A stretch of DNA of 63,961 bases, counting the filler, from Reticulomyxa filosa (lineage: Eukaryota > Protista > Foraminifera): the NCBI GenBank assembly GCA_000512085.1. It is 21 parts of 21 records of this genome, joined end to end, with 100 filler letters (N's around TTAATTAATTAA, not from the genome) between each part and the next. Parts side by side here need not be neighbours in the genome. Positions count along the whole stretch, not along the records: positions 49,285 to 61,524 come from ASPP01022375.1; positions 61,625 to 63,961 come from ASPP01011074.1; 19 more parts are not named here. One strand, given 5' to 3'. The notes under the pieces were generated by a model that was not told where the DNA came from, did no database searches, and saw nothing but the letters and a program-made list of their open reading frames with translations. Each line of letters begins with the position of its first letter. The first letter of the stretch is position 1. Position numbers and translations under genes: made by a program. Below, piece by piece: positions 50,745 through 63,961 of this stretch.

Positions 50745-53112
50745 TAGATCAATACATATAATTTCACCCTACTGCTGTGCGGTCTGCTGATCGGACTTGG
50801 GTTTGGGTATATTGTTTGGGAATTTGTAAAAAAAGATTTGGTGTTATGGCTTGGTGCAGGTATCGGGTTATTGGTGGCAAGATTGCTTGAAATTATCAAA
50901 TACCCTCAAAAGTGAGTTCCCTTTTTTTTTTTTAAGAAACGTCGACACACTCACGCTCTCGCTTTTTTTTTTTGTCCCCCGTGACCACATTACCTTTTTT
51001 TTTTTTTTTGTCACTGATTTAAAAATATACTTACCTACGTAAGCAAAAGTTCCATTTTCTCCTTTTTACGCATGCACACATACATACCCAACCGTAAAAC
51101 AAACAAAAAAAAAAGTGTCGTGAAAATATGGGTACCTAAGAGCAGTGTGGAAATGACGCAAATTCCAAACTGGAGAAAAGAAATTGCAGGACAATGTGAC
51201 TTTTTTGTGCAGAGCGACATGCACGATATTTTCGACCGCTACATGAGAAGCACAGCGGTGTATCACTACCCGAATACCAATGCCGTGACTATCCAGGAAC
51301 GTCATGTTCGCCGTTACAATTGGCTCGGCGCCACGTTGTTCATGTCTTCGCCTATTGGTGGTGCGGTGTCCTTTGTTATTGGTCTCATTGCTTCCGCCGC
51401 TGCTTATTTGAGAAGACAAAACCTGTCGGAATCCGTCTCGTTGTTTATTGTCAGTTTCTTCGTCTTGGTTTCTGTCATCATTTTGGTTGGATGTTTGATT
51501 GAGGTGGAATTGCGAAAAAGAGTTTTGTTTTTGTTTTTGTTTTTTTTTAGTTCATTAATGATTTGTTATACGTCTTTTTTTTTTTTTTAAGTTTGTTGAT
51601 AAAGTGTACGTAAAAAAAAAAAATTGTCCCTTTTGCCTACTCCTCCAGAGGTTCTTTTCCAGAGATTTCGCACTCGAGACAGTAACCAATGTTCCATTGC
51701 ACGCAGTCGGCAAAATTCACCGTCATACTTATGCAGAAGATATATGGAAGATGTTGTTTATGCATCCTGCTGACAAGTAATTTTATCTTTTGTTTTCTAA
51801 AAATTGTCAAACTTGTTTGCATATATGTTGTTACATGCTATTTTTTTTTTTTGCAAAATGAATTGTCTTGAAAAAAATAAAAACAGGGAGTGGGGAGTTG
51901 CGAAATTGGGGCTGAAGTTTATATTTGGCCCGGTGCTGGTATTTTACAAAATTGCAGTCTTTGTTGTGATGATAAGTAAGTACAATGGCGCTTTTGCGGT
52001 GTTCATTTGGGAAACAATTGCCACCCTTTTATTGTACCAAGCGCACGTCAACAAGGTAAAACTTGTTTGAACAATTTTTTTTTTTTAAAAAAAAAAAAAA
52101 AAGCGCAATTCATGAAATCTACAAATATCCTCCTGTTCTCTCCAAATATTTAACAACCCTTTGGGAACATTAGGAAGCTCGATTCTTGGAACCCTCGATG
52201 GCATTCATGTGGCTGGCATTTGTGGTGAATGTATTTGAAATATGGTACTGCTCACCTGCGAATGGGCGCGTTGACAGCGTTTCCGTGCTGGGTACAAACA
52301 CGATCAAAAAACTGGAATTGGAAAGTGACAAGCGTATTCCCAAACAAAAAGTAAATATATTGTTGAAAGGATTTGCAGTGTCACTCGTGCTGCTGTTTTT
52401 GAGCGGCTGTTTGGTTTCTTCCGTATCCAATGATGTGTTGGAAGATATTACCATTTACAATTTTGACAAGTCGTGGAAACAAAATTATAACAAAAATAAA
52501 CGTATGTTTTATTTTTATTATTATTTTTACTTTGTGTTTGCTGCGACAAACAATAACATTGAAATGTTAGTGTCAAATAAATTAATAGATTACATCATGT
52601 GTGAAAACAAGGATAACACGAACAGCACTCGTCGATTGATAGAGGACTTAGACTTAACGGACTTGGCGAAATCGGGCTCCACGATTAAGAGCAAATACGA
52701 AAATGACTATGACGCCTTGTGCACAAAGCGCACGTATGGCTCAATGGCTGTTGCAGTGGCACTCGCTAGCATAGATTGGTTCTTGTTGCTCCTGTTGGCG
52801 ATTTATTGGCATGTCAACGACAAATCTCAGGAAAACTTTGACTATGACGATAGCCAAGCTATTTGGTATAGCATCACATCGCTACGCATTGATAGTGTGT
52901 CTTCCTCCTTGACTTGGATCGGACGAATTATTGAAATGATAGGATATGACTGCACTTATGTCCATATGAATTCCAAGGATGCCGAGGAGGTTGAAAAGTA
53001 TCTCACTTATGCTGCTCCATGGTATGCCCATCTTAATCCTAGCCAACCTAATGCTGCTAGCTTAATGCCCAGAAAAGGCTTTTTCATCACTAAACCTGTT
53101 CCTGGAATATAA
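50745..53112 (+). CDS. Multi-pass membrane protein of unknown function (multi-exon; start uncertain)
   Basis: Consecutive hydrophobic exon ORFs (51072-51590, 51804-52070, 52186-53112) separated by homopolymer introns. Confidence 0.6.
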
Positions 53113-53862
53113 GGTTTTTTTTGTCCTCAGCACTTTTTACATGTGCGGTCACTAAGAGGAAAAAAACCAGTTTGTGCATTTTTTTTTGGTGTTTTGTTGT
53201 GGTCACTGAAATTGACTTTGAAACTGGCACAACACTGATAAAACAAAAACATTTTTTTGCTATTTGACGATTAGTGGATATGTCCAAGTTTACGTAGTGC
53301 TTTTTCCTACTTCAAATTTTTACTCTGAGTTCAAAAAGAGATAAACTTGCAGGTTTTAGCAAGAATTCAATTTCAAAAGATTACAAAGCTTGTATAGTTT
53401 CAACAAAATTTTGGTACGTATTAATTCATCCTTGTTCAAAAAAAATTTTTATTTGAAGCTGCTCATATCTATGTGTCCATCAAAGAGCAGAAAAGCGATA
53501 TTGTTTTTACTTCAAGTGAAACACAGAAAATAGTTGCTATTTACCAAAATATTATCTGTGTGACGTAGGTGTTTAATTTTGGAGTTTCAAAGCTCAATTC
53601 TCTGTGCATAGTACAGTGTACGTGCACTGATGACCGGAACATGTAAAAAAAAAATTAATATACAACTATTAAATATACATTAGACCGTTGAACAACTAGC
53701 TTTTTTACGTTTTGGAATGCAGAATTGATCACAATTATCTTCTTCACAACAAATGTTTAGAAAAGCAAACGTCAAAAGAAACAGTTTTTTGCCCCTTTTA
53801 AAAAATGTATACGGTTTTTTTTCGTTTAAGACAAAGGTTTAAAATCACGGAAAAAAACAAAA

Positions 53863-55204
53863 ATGTCGTCTGCTTGGCGTAATACTTTTGGTAACTTTTT
53901 AGCTTCTTTTCTTTCAATTCATTCCTACGCTATTTCCGGTCTGGGAGAAGCAATCCTCTTCCAAATATTCTTTTATTTGTTTGACATGGTGCGTCTGATA
54001 CACCACACATCGTTTGTGGAAGTAGCAACAAAATATAGTATTTTGGGATTACCAGTGGCATGTGTGCAGTTGTTTCATGTCCGCAAGGAAGTGGATTTGA
54101 AGCTCGGAGTGACAGCTGGGCTATTGAGTGTGCCAGGGGTAATACTGGGGGTAGAGACATTAATAGCAACAAACAATATTTGGTTAAGAAGATCACTGGG
54201 TTTTGTTTTGCTTTTCTGTACATTCACAAACGTGATCATGGTCCACGTTCTTCAAAAGTATCGACAACGAAAAACTCATGTGGAGAAAGTTGTTTCTTCA
54301 CACATACAAGAAAATTCATTGTCTTCCAACTCATCGTTAAGTATACGTATATACAATATAAGTACATGTATGCTGTATAAGTATCAATTCTTTTCTTTCA
54401 AAAAAAAAAAAAATTAAAAAAATAGAGAATTGCAAATTCCACAAAAAGAACAGGCTGAAGTGCACGAATTAGAAACCGAAATAGAATTGGCCCCGTCAAA
54501 GTACTTTTTTTTTTTTTTTTTACTATACACAAACAGAAAGGAGGGGACAATAGAGAAAAAAAAAAACAAAAACAAAAAAGAGCACTCAACTTTTTTTTTT
54601 TGACCTTGCGCACGCCTGGTCAATCTTTGTTTGTTTCGTTTTGATAATGTGCCATCCAAGTGTCGAAGTAACCCTCGAACAAGAAGCGAATAAAAAAAAG
54701 ACGAAGGGATAACGGAGAAGTTTAAACTGAAAGGATGGAAGCAATGGGCAGGATTGATGGTCACGTCCTTGATTTCAGGATTCATGCACGGACTCTTTGG
54801 AGGGGTTAGTGGACCCCCTTTTATGATATGGGGATTACTTTCTGGGATAGACAGGCATACTTTTCGGGGTATGCTCACAGTGCAATGCTTTTTTTTGGTA
54901 ATTCCTGTTGTTGTCGATTTATTGTTTTTTAAGCATCAATTCCATGCAAACGAGTATGTAGATTACATTGCCATTATTGCTGGAGCCTGTCTCGGCCTGC
55001 CCTCCGGGTACAAAATTGGGCATTATATCAACCAAGAGTCTTTTCGCAGATGGCTTCAGGTCATCTTGTTTTTTGGGAGCTTTACTTTTGAGCAGTGCTG
55101 GATGGTTTGAGTGTACTATTGCTGCTTCGTGTCTTGGAGGCTTGGTTTTGATTGGCTATGGAGTATACTTGTTTCGGGACCATCAACAAGCAAAGCCAGT
55201 GTGA
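53863..55204 (+). CDS. TauE/SafE (TSUP) family transporter (introns; probable frameshift near 55085)
   Basis: YAISGLGEAI, SGFMHGLFGGVSGPPF, DRHTFRG, IGHYINQESFRR. About 8 TM helices in a 4+4 layout. Confidence 0.8.
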
Positions 55205-55542
55205 TTAATTCTTGTTTGTATTGTGTGTGTGTGTGTGCGAACATGTTTATATATGTGTTGTTATTGTTTGTTTGGAGGATATTCCATCAATACTTGTAGC
55301 CATAGGAGTAACTAAATTTTATCTTAAAGATTTACTATATATATCTTTCTCACTTGTAGCTACTCCATTGAGGCGATACTTCAATTGTATAGCATGTATA
55401 AAAAAGGGAGATGCTTTTTTGTATAAAGTGCTGCTTTTGATTGTTATGTGGAACTTTTTTTTGTCCCCCCTGCCATCTTTTGATCATATCTATCGTAAAT
55501 AATTTCCATTGTGCATTTATAATCTGATATTTGCAGCAAACA

Positions 55543-56809
55543 ATGGCAGAAACAAAAACCCCAGAATCAGATCGCGATTCATCAAGTGATGATGGCCAAG
55601 CACCTCCTTTGAACACCTCAACCCCTGGAGGGTTTGTGGACACATCAGCACAAGAGAACAATCTCGACACAAAAAAGATCCTCCCATCCGATCCAATGGA
55701 TGTGGACGAAGATGAAGAAGATGCCGATCACATCGATGTCGAGTGTCAGGATAAAACATATTCGGTCCCAGTCTATCAAGAAACAACAGTCGCGGACATT
55801 CGCAATTTTTTAGCTACAAAGTACCAATTGGCCTTGGACGCATCACATCGTCTGTGTCACACCATAATAAAAAAGATCCCCATTCCAAAAAAAAACTCAA
55901 TAAAGAAGCAGTTCAAAGCAAAGGCCAAAAAGAAAAAGTCACGGCAAGGAAACGACAGGTAAATTTTCCCCCCCCCTCTCCCTCTTCTAAAAAAAAAAAG
56001 CGTATTTCCGTTTTCTTCGCTCTCCCCCCTTTTTTTTTTGAAATAAACCTTGTTGAACACCAAATTGCGAAATCCACAACTCTCGTTGTGCAACAGCGAA
56101 GGGAGCAACAACGAAGAACGAGAAGGGAGCGGAGAAGAGGAAGCAAGTGAAGTGGAATACGATGAAAGAGAGGAGATAATGTGGTTGGACGACAACGACT
56201 TGATGAAAGATATTTTGGACAACTCGCACGAGTTGTTGACGGGACAGTCGAGACTGCAGGTGAAATGGGACAGCTTTATGGTGACGGTGAAGGATGGATT
56301 GGATGTGTCGCAAGAACTGGAAGTCGCCAGCGATTATTTGATCGAAGAAATCCTAACCACTTTGAGTCAACAGTACAGCATTAACATTCAATCTCTTTCT
56401 TACAATGGACAAGAAATCCCCACCAAACACACGTTGAAACAGTACGAAATTACATCAAGCACGCCCAACGTGGTCTTTGTCAGTCGCATCTCCATCACCA
56501 TCCTGGACGTCGAATGCGACTTGTCTACCGATATCTTGGTCAAACCTTTTTATGACTTGGAAACTGTCTTGGGCACGTATTTGGAAAAAACGCGTCGCGA
56601 ACGACATCAAAGTGCTCGCTTGTCTCGCAATGGACATCTCCTTTCCAACCAAGACACTGTTCACTTGCTCGGGCTGCAAAATAACAGTCAGCTCGAATAT
56701 CGCGTTGGGGGGTACACCATTTATATCTATGACACCGATAATGTTCAATATAATTCCATTCGCCAATTGGTCAAGCCAGGATCCGAACGCAACACACGCG
56801 GAAGTTTTG

Positions 56810-56845
<36 letters not shown>

Positions 56846-57279
56846 CTTTAAAAAAAAGAATATCTTACTGATGTAATGTTTGTCGTTTTGTGAGATATTT
56901 AGGTGACGCTGAAGCAAAAATGATCGAAGTGTTCGATTTTTGGAATTTGGCTGAGGTCAAACAAGCGTACAGTCGCGAAACTAAAAAGCCGTTTTTGGAC
57001 GATGAAAAACTCTTGTCTGATGAAAGGCAATTGGAAGAAGGGGTCCCGCTCTGGAAACTTCGAATTAGAGACGGAGAACAGTTAGTCATTGAAAGGCAAC
57101 AACATGATATTGCTGTTGAATATGTCTGTGGTGATTGTGGTGCTACTGTTCGATTAAAAAAAGATGATGTCGTTGCTTGTCGTGAATGTTTGCATAAAAT
57201 TGTTTTCAAAAAAAGAACAACCGAATATGTCAACACAGTTGCAGATAGATTCACTTTTTTTTTATTACTAAATTATTAA
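55543..57279 (+). CDS. Fusion of four ubiquitin-like domains to a C-terminal RPB12/RPABC4-type zinc ribbon
   Basis: Exons 55543-55958, 56097-56803 and 56903-~57230/57279 join in frame via GT-AG introns. C-terminus YVCGDCG...DVVACRECLHKIVFKKRT matches the RPB12 pattern. Confidence 0.75.
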
Positions 57280-57437
57280 AAAAAAGTCATGGGGGAAGGT
57301 GCAAACTTCGTTGTTATTCATAACTTTACAGTATCAAAAAACAACTCATCATTTCAGAAATCATTCACTTACGTTTGATTTGCAAACAGTAATCACCAAA
57401 TTCATTTATAATTTTTATTTTAAAGATGATAGCATAA

Positions 57438-57998
57438 CTACATTGGACCAAATATCATCAAAGCCAAAATACCAACTAATTCTTTTGGTAAAAGACTCCC
57501 AAGTTCACTTTCTTGAATGACGCTTTTAATCTCCAAAATCCTTGCAACAAGATTACGCTTCCCTTCATCAATTAAAGCACTAATTATTGATTTGGCAACA
57601 TCTTTACTTTCATTGTAGTTGTATCGAAAAGATGAATTTTTTGTTATTTCAAGAATTTCAGAAGCTGTAACGCTGGTATCCAAACAATAAGTACAGATTA
57701 TTTTTATAGCAGAAAGTCTTCCAGTGTTCATTGCTTGTTTCAGCGTTTTGTGAATTGCGTTTTTGAAATCTCCTCGGCTAAATCGCTCTGAACAAAACAA
57801 ATCTTGTGCGCAATAAAACTCTATTAACTCATTCTTGTTGTCTCCTCGAGGCGTTAACAAGTCCACCAGTTGTGATTCGTTCAATTGAATTGGGATTTTT
57901 TCAAACAATTGAGCGTATCTCTTGATATCAAAAGGCCTATTATCTTGTAGATGTGGAATGTCAAGCAACGACTTTGGAATAAATTTTGGTCGTTCCAT
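57438..57998 (-). CDS. Hypothetical protein
   Basis: About 186-aa intronless ORF. No motif recognised. Confidence 0.55.
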   Translation of the reverse strand: MERPKFIPKSLLDIPHLQDNRPFDIKRYAQLFEKIPIQLNESQLVDLLTPRGDNKNELIEFYCAQDLFCSERFSRGDFKNAIHKTLKQAMNTGRLSAIKIICTYCLDTSVTASEILEITKNSSFRYNYNESKDVAKSIISALIDEGKRNLVARILEIKSVIQESELGSLLPKELVGILALMIFGPM

Positions 57999-59151
57999 TG
58001 GGGCAGTCAACTTTGAAATGTAGTTTTCTGTCTTTGATTAAATCAAAGCTTAAAAAAAATTGAAGTGATTACAATTTATTTCCAGTACGCAAAATTTTAT
58101 ATTTGTTGGAAAAAATTTCATCAACCGTTAGCCTACTTTGAAATCTTCAATGGGAAATGACTCTAATATTTCTTTTTGATTGTTTTTGCTGAAATACGAG
58201 TTGTTAAACGTATGACTTTACACATTAAAATCAAAGCTCGAAAGAGAAGGTTGACAAAAGGGGCTACAAGATCAGTTTATTTTTTGATTTTCTTTCACTG
58301 TTCGTATAAACCTGTTAATTGTGGTGCTTCGCTTTTGATTTGAAAGGTACTATAACCTTTATGTTTCTTGATTTCATTTTGTTTTGATGAGACAAACAAA
58401 ATGAAGGTTTTTTAACTTTTATGATCTGTACTTTATTAACTAGTAAGACTCTTCTGAAAAAACGAATATTTTTTTATTTATTATTAGTAAATCGCGTCGT
58501 AACATTTTGTGTGAAATTTGAATTTTGTACAGATAATTGCGAAAATGCGTGCGAACCAATAAAAACAAAATATTCAAATTCTAAAAATAATTGGTTGTTG
58601 TAATGATGTTTTATTTTATTTTGAAGTATTTTATGAAAATAATGAATTGTTAAATTGAATTTGTCAGGCACATTAGCTACAAAAATAAATTTTTGATAAA
58701 AGGGTTGAAAAAGAATAATCTGATTTTTTTAACTACTCATACTCTGAAAAAATCGATGTCTATACCACTTGGAATTGGTTAAGATACAATCAAGCAGCGC
58801 AAATTGCATGCATCCTCACAATGAAAGAAATCGCACATTTTTGTTTATTCTTATCCATTTTCAAATCTATCAATGGTACCCAATTTGAAAAAATAAAGAG
58901 ATAAAGATAATGTTTTTTAATATTACAAGTGGATTGGTTAAAGCGCAAGTATACATACAAGCTTTTATAAATATACCAAAAAAGTTGAAATAAGCTTGTC
59001 AAATTCTTTGATCCATCCAATTTGTTTCATTTTGATACATCTTTGCCAGTTATTGATAATGTTACCAACGTCTTGTGTTGTCTTATATATATGCGTTTTT
59101 TTATTTTTGTTTTTTTTTCTTCAGAGATTGCAAGAGGCATGAAAAGAGATT

Positions 59152-60156
59152 TTAAACAAGGATGCGAAAAACGAAATGAGTAGATAAAAGTTGTGATGCG
59201 GACAAGCCACCAATGATATGGACAGAAGCCCGCATGTGATCAACAGCAACCGCACAATTGTAAATTGAGAATGGTAATTGAGACAGAGACTCAAACCACT
59301 TGTTGCGCTTAACACTGTAAACAAAAATAGTTTGCAAATTATTATCTAACTTTTTTTGTTTTAGTTTGGATTTGTCGTATCCCCCAAACATAAGCACATC
59401 ATGGTGGAACTTGGCAATACCAAAAGAGTCACGATGATTAAAATAAGGACATGGAGCCAGGTGTGTATAATGTAGAGTGGGTCTAATTTTTTCTCCTTGG
59501 AGACGCACCAGTTGATGATGTGACTCTGAAAGTAAAATCATTTCGTTATTGCTCAATGACACCAAACCGTGGCAATCGACTTGAGAAGAGGGCTCTGATA
59601 CTTTATATAGATCTGGTACCTCTTCGAACGTATTCAAATCAATCACGTTGACATAGCCATTGGATTGCGACAGAAACAGCAAACTATTATCTGCACCTCC
59701 CACTACTGCACGCGTACCATAAAAATTGTACTGAGATTTTAGTCCAAGAACGTGATTGTTGGGAAGCGGAACCCATTCATTCACATGTGCTTGTGCAAGG
59801 GATGATTCATCCCATACACTTCTGTAGTGCATCAACAGGCTGTGGTACACGCTCAAAGCACCTCCACCAAAAGAAAGTAGTGTAATCATACTCTTATTTT
59901 CCTCTTTTGATGGGTAAGATACTACAATATGTCCCCACAATTCTACTTCTTTTGGATATGAACATATCCATTTATACTGTTTTTTCACTATGTGATATGA
60001 GATACATTCCTTGTACTTTCGGCCTCCACAAATGAGCAACTCGTCACCAAACACAACACATTGCGCCAAATTTATTGGATGGTCTAAAGGAGGCAAGGTC
60101 TGGAAAAGTCCAAACTGACACGATTGTGGAAGTTCTTCGTTGTTATGCTGTAACAT
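59152..60156 (-). CDS. Kelch-like beta-propeller protein
   Basis: 334-aa ORF with ELLICGG, LLSFGG, VLMFGGY and VHIIGG repeats. Confidence 0.85.
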   Translation of the reverse strand: MLQHNNEELPQSCQFGLFQTLPPLDHPINLAQCVVFGDELLICGGRKYKECISYHIVKKQYKWICSYPKEVELWGHIVVSYPSKEENKSMITLLSFGGGALSVYHSLLMHYRSVWDESSLAQAHVNEWVPLPNNHVLGLKSQYNFYGTRAVVGGADNSLLFLSQSNGYVNVIDLNTFEEVPDLYKVSEPSSQVDCHGLVSLSNNEMILLSESHHQLVRLQGEKIRPTLHYTHLAPCPYFNHRDSFGIAKFHHDVLMFGGYDKSKLKQKKLDNNLQTIFVYSVKRNKWFESLSQLPFSIYNCAVAVDHMRASVHIIGGLSASQLLSTHFVFRILV

Positions 60157-60717
60157 TCAAATATGGATTAGTGATAAAAAAAATTTAGAACTTTTTGTTT
60201 TGGACAAAAAAGTAATGTTTTTTGATAATCAAAACCCTGGCTTCTGTATAATACTAATTGTGTTATAGCTGAAAAAAACTGTTTGTAATTTGTATCGCTT
60301 GTCCATAAAAGTAGAGAACGGACGCTAACTCTAGTTTATTTATTATGTATGTTATTGAAATTTATACATTAATCAAACGGATGTGAATTTTTTTTGAATA
60401 TTCATTTCCTATTTAAAGACTATATTCTACGTTCTTATACTTTTTTAAAATTTTATTTTGTCTTCTTTTTGCAAGAATGTCAGGAAACACATAACATTTT
60501 CTCATTGTGTAGTTGAGTCTTTTAAACAGAAAATTCTCACCAACAAATTTATATTCATACAAAATGATAAACATTAACAAGCGTAACTACAACATTAAGA
60601 AATATGCGAATAGTAAAACTTTATTTGATTTAAATGCTGATTAAATTAATTGGAAGAAAACAAAAAACAGTATCCTTCCGCATTTTTGCAATTACTTTTT
60701 GACACCTGATATAATAA

Positions 60718-61430
60718 TGCAGCACGTACAGCAATTTGTGGCGCTTAATGCCACACAATTTGTGATACTTCAACCCCAAGCAGTGTTGAATTGGCCATTG
60801 AATAACGTCGCTCTTTCTAGAGTAGTGACCAACGTGTCGAATGACAACGTTAATGTGAGCACTCTACTAACGAAGTTTTCAACCTGCAAGTACTTGGCTC
60901 TATCCGAAAAAAAGGCTGGAGAATTGGTTTCGCCCATTTCCAATTATACACTGGAAGGCAATAGAACAGCGGCATGGAAGCCTCGTTTTGATTCTCCGGA
61001 CAAGCTCTTGGGAAACACTTTGCAAGGTTCTTTTTTTTTTTAGAAAAAAAGAAATTTCTTTATATGTACATATTTTTTATTGCAGCAAGGAAACAATCCC
61101 CCTCCTAAAAAAAAAAAAAAAAGGTTACACAGTTCGGTGTTTCGATCGAAAAGATCGACAATATCGATGTGTAAAAGCGGCACTAAAGAGTCTAGTGAAC
61201 AACAAGAAATCATTGAAACACGTGCCAGTGGCGGAAGATTTTTTACGAGAGGAGCAATTATTGAAAAAGATGAGCCACATGAAAGATTTTCCCAAAACCA
61301 TTTGTAAATACATTACTCATTGGGAAAGTGATTTATTCTATTTCTTGTCCACTGAGTATTGTCTTGGAGGGAATTTATTTCAATACATGGTCAATATTTT
61401 GCACACAAATCCAAAATTTCATCCAGGTTT
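60718..61430 (+). CDS. Ser/Thr protein kinase, N-terminal exons (3'-partial)
   Basis: LGNTLQG|, CVK (subdomain II), EDFLREEQLL (alphaC), FLSTEYCLGGNLFQY. Confidence 0.75.
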
Positions 61431-61480
61431 GTTTACAAAAGAATGATCCAAATTTTTTTTTTTATGATTATTTCACTAAT

Positions 61481-61518
<38 letters not shown>

Positions 61519-61736
61519 TTTTTTNNNNNNNNNNNNNNNNNNNNNNNNNNNNNNNNNNNNNNNNNNNNTTAATTAATTAANNNNNNNNNNNNNNNNNNNN
61601 NNNNNNNNNNNNNNNNNNNNNNNNGTTACAATCGACTTATCTAGCATAATTAAAAAAAAAAAAAAATGACCCCCTCTTTTTTTGTTGTTGTTGTTTGTTT
61701 GTTTATTTGTGTGTCGACAAAAATAAAAACAAAACT

Positions 61737-63940
61737 TGAGATTTTCTGCTCGAACAACAGGCGAATTGCACAAATAGATTCTCAAAGCATCAGCTCCATA
61801 GTTTTCAAAAATTCTGTCTGGCTCGGGATAATTTTTTAAGCGCTTGCTCATTTTCTTGCCGTCTTCTGCCAAGACGAGTCCATTGACAATGAGGTTTTTC
61901 CACGCGGGTTCGTCAAACAGAGCAGTGCTGAGGACGAGCAAAGTGTAAAACCAACCTCGTGTTTGATCAATACCTCGGCAATGAAGTCTCCAGGGAATCG
62001 TTCTTTCAAGAACGTGGCCTGATCTTTGAAAGCGAATGGGTAATGGCATTGGGCATAAGGCATGGCTCCCGATTCAAACCAGCAATCAAACACTTCGTCC
62101 ACTCGTCTCAATTCCTTTCCTGTCTTTGATGACTTGATCACCAAATCGTCAATGAATTCGCGATGCAAGTCGTGCACTTTCTTGCCAGTACGTTCCTCCA
62201 GTTCTGCAACACTGCCAATCACTTCCCACTCGCGACCGTCGTCACTCATCCAAATCGGTAAAGGAGTACCCCAATAGCGATTTCTAGATACAGCCCAATC
62301 TCTGGCTTGCTCCAGCCAGTTTTGGAAGCGTTTCACTTTGACGTTGTCCGGTACCCTAGAGAATCGAAGGTTTGTACATGCAAGCGCAAACAATATACAT
62401 TATGTATATATAATCGAAAATGCATTTCTTTGAATGTTTTTAATGTGAAGCAAACATTTTACCAAGAAGTCTTTGCATTGTTTTTCAGTAATTGGTCTTT
62501 GATTTCAGTGACTCGAACAAACCAACTGGGGATGGCTTTGTACAACAATGGGGTTTCACTTCGCCAACACATTGGGTATTCGTGGGTAATCGTGGATTGC
62601 GACCACAATCGACCTTTGGATTTGATATCTTTGATTATCTCTTTGTTTGCATCGAGCACATACACCCCAGCATAGTCACCAACATCGGCGGTAAATTTGC
62701 CAGCATGGTCCACTGGACATGGCACTTCATCTCCTTTTTCAAATATTTTGTGCTCTTCACAAACTCGAAAGTCGTCCTCACCAAATCCAGGAGCTTGGTG
62801 TACCACTGCCGTACCTTCCGTTGCTCCGACAAAGTCGTCACAAAGTACACGAAAGTTATCCTTGCGCTTTGTTTTTAGTTTTATTTTGATTTTTTTTTTT
62901 TTTTTTTTTTAATCTTTGTTTTTTAAAAAAAAAATAAATAAAAAAAAAAATTTTTTAAACATACATGAGCATAATAACGGAATATTGGAATGTATCTGAT
63001 GCCGACCAATTCTTGTCCTTTCATTTCTTGCACAACTTTTAGTGTGACATTTTTTAATCCTTTTTTCACCGCTGGCAAGGTGTCTTTCCCACAAATGTAA
63101 AATTTTCCGTCCGCAGAAGCTACCGTGTTTTGTTAGTATGTGACACATTTGTGTATGTGATTCTAAAATGCACTATCTTTTTTTTTCTCTTCCATCTTCT
63201 ACCCTCACAACAATCCCCCTCCCTTGTTTTTTTTTTTTCTCGCTATCCCGCATTGTATGGATTCTGATGAAAGGAAAGCAAAGGGAGGAGGGGAGAGAGA
63301 GAGGAAGAATAGTATAATACAAATTACATCATCACGACAACCAACTTACATTGGACTTTGATATAGGTGAGATTTTTATTCACACACAATGCCAAATTGC
63401 TGGGCAATGTCCACGGCGTGGTGGTCCATGCCAAAAAATGGGTATTTTCATCATCTACCAACGGAAATGTTACAATGATTGCTGGGTCCACTTTGGTCTG
63501 GTAATTGGATTTGGCTTCGAAGTTGGACAATGGGGTGTTCAAAGCAGTTGAATAAGGCATTACCTGCAATGTGTGTGTTTTTTTTTTTTTTTTTTGAAAA
63601 AAAAAAATTATTTGCACATAAAATAAAGCAAAATTAGTATATAAAAACAAAGAAGAAAAAAAAAACAACATTATATTTATATAAGTATGCATCATGTATA
63701 AGAGATATATGACACAACTTTGTAACCACGATAGACCAAATTTTTTTTGGATAGTTCTTTGAAAACCCACCAAACACTTTCCATGTACGTTTTATCCAAA
63801 GTTTTGTAATCATTCTTAAAGTCGATCCAACGACCCATTCTCTCCACTGTTTTCTCCCAATCTGCGGCACATCTCATCACAATCTTTCTGCACTCTGCAT
63901 TATACTTTGCAATGCCCATCTTCAAAACATCTTCACGACT
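61737..63940 (-). CDS. IARS1: Cytosolic isoleucyl-tRNA synthetase, internal exons (single-base frameshift near 61972)
   Basis: [73 protein letters not shown]. Confidence 0.96.
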
Positions 63941-63961
63941 CTGTTCGCATTGTTTTTTTTT

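Overview
This window is not one locus. It is 21 short contigs joined by 100-nt artificial linkers (N-run + TTAATTAATTAA + N-run). Nineteen contigs come from an AT-rich, intron-containing protist genome. Homopolymer-rich introns plus expanded WD40 and Kelch-like families with decayed copies suggest a foraminiferan such as Reticulomyxa (inference, not a database result). Two GC-rich contigs are bacterial: an imelysin plus di-heme oxidoreductase pair, and a WsaF-like glycosyltransferase. Recognisable eukaryotic genes are REV3, a CDK, a SET-domain protein, ATAD5/ELG1, an SH2 protein, PP2A-B56, a CLC channel, a PDE, WD40 and Kelch-like proteins, an RRM protein, a MIEAP-like protein, TauE/SafE, a kinase and cytosolic IleRS. 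Four signals stand out. (1) A non-coding cluster at ~14.0-17.0 kb contains several densely base-paired RNA-like islands with nested long-range complementarity and G-U wobbles that favour the + strand. (2) Many introns fold into hairpins that close at the 3' splice site and have A-rich rather than pyrimidine-rich acceptors. (3) A gene fuses four ubiquitin-like domains to an RPB12-type zinc ribbon. (4) A compact ~155-nt structured RNA candidate lies at 250-403. All stems were found by eye; no folding or searches were run.
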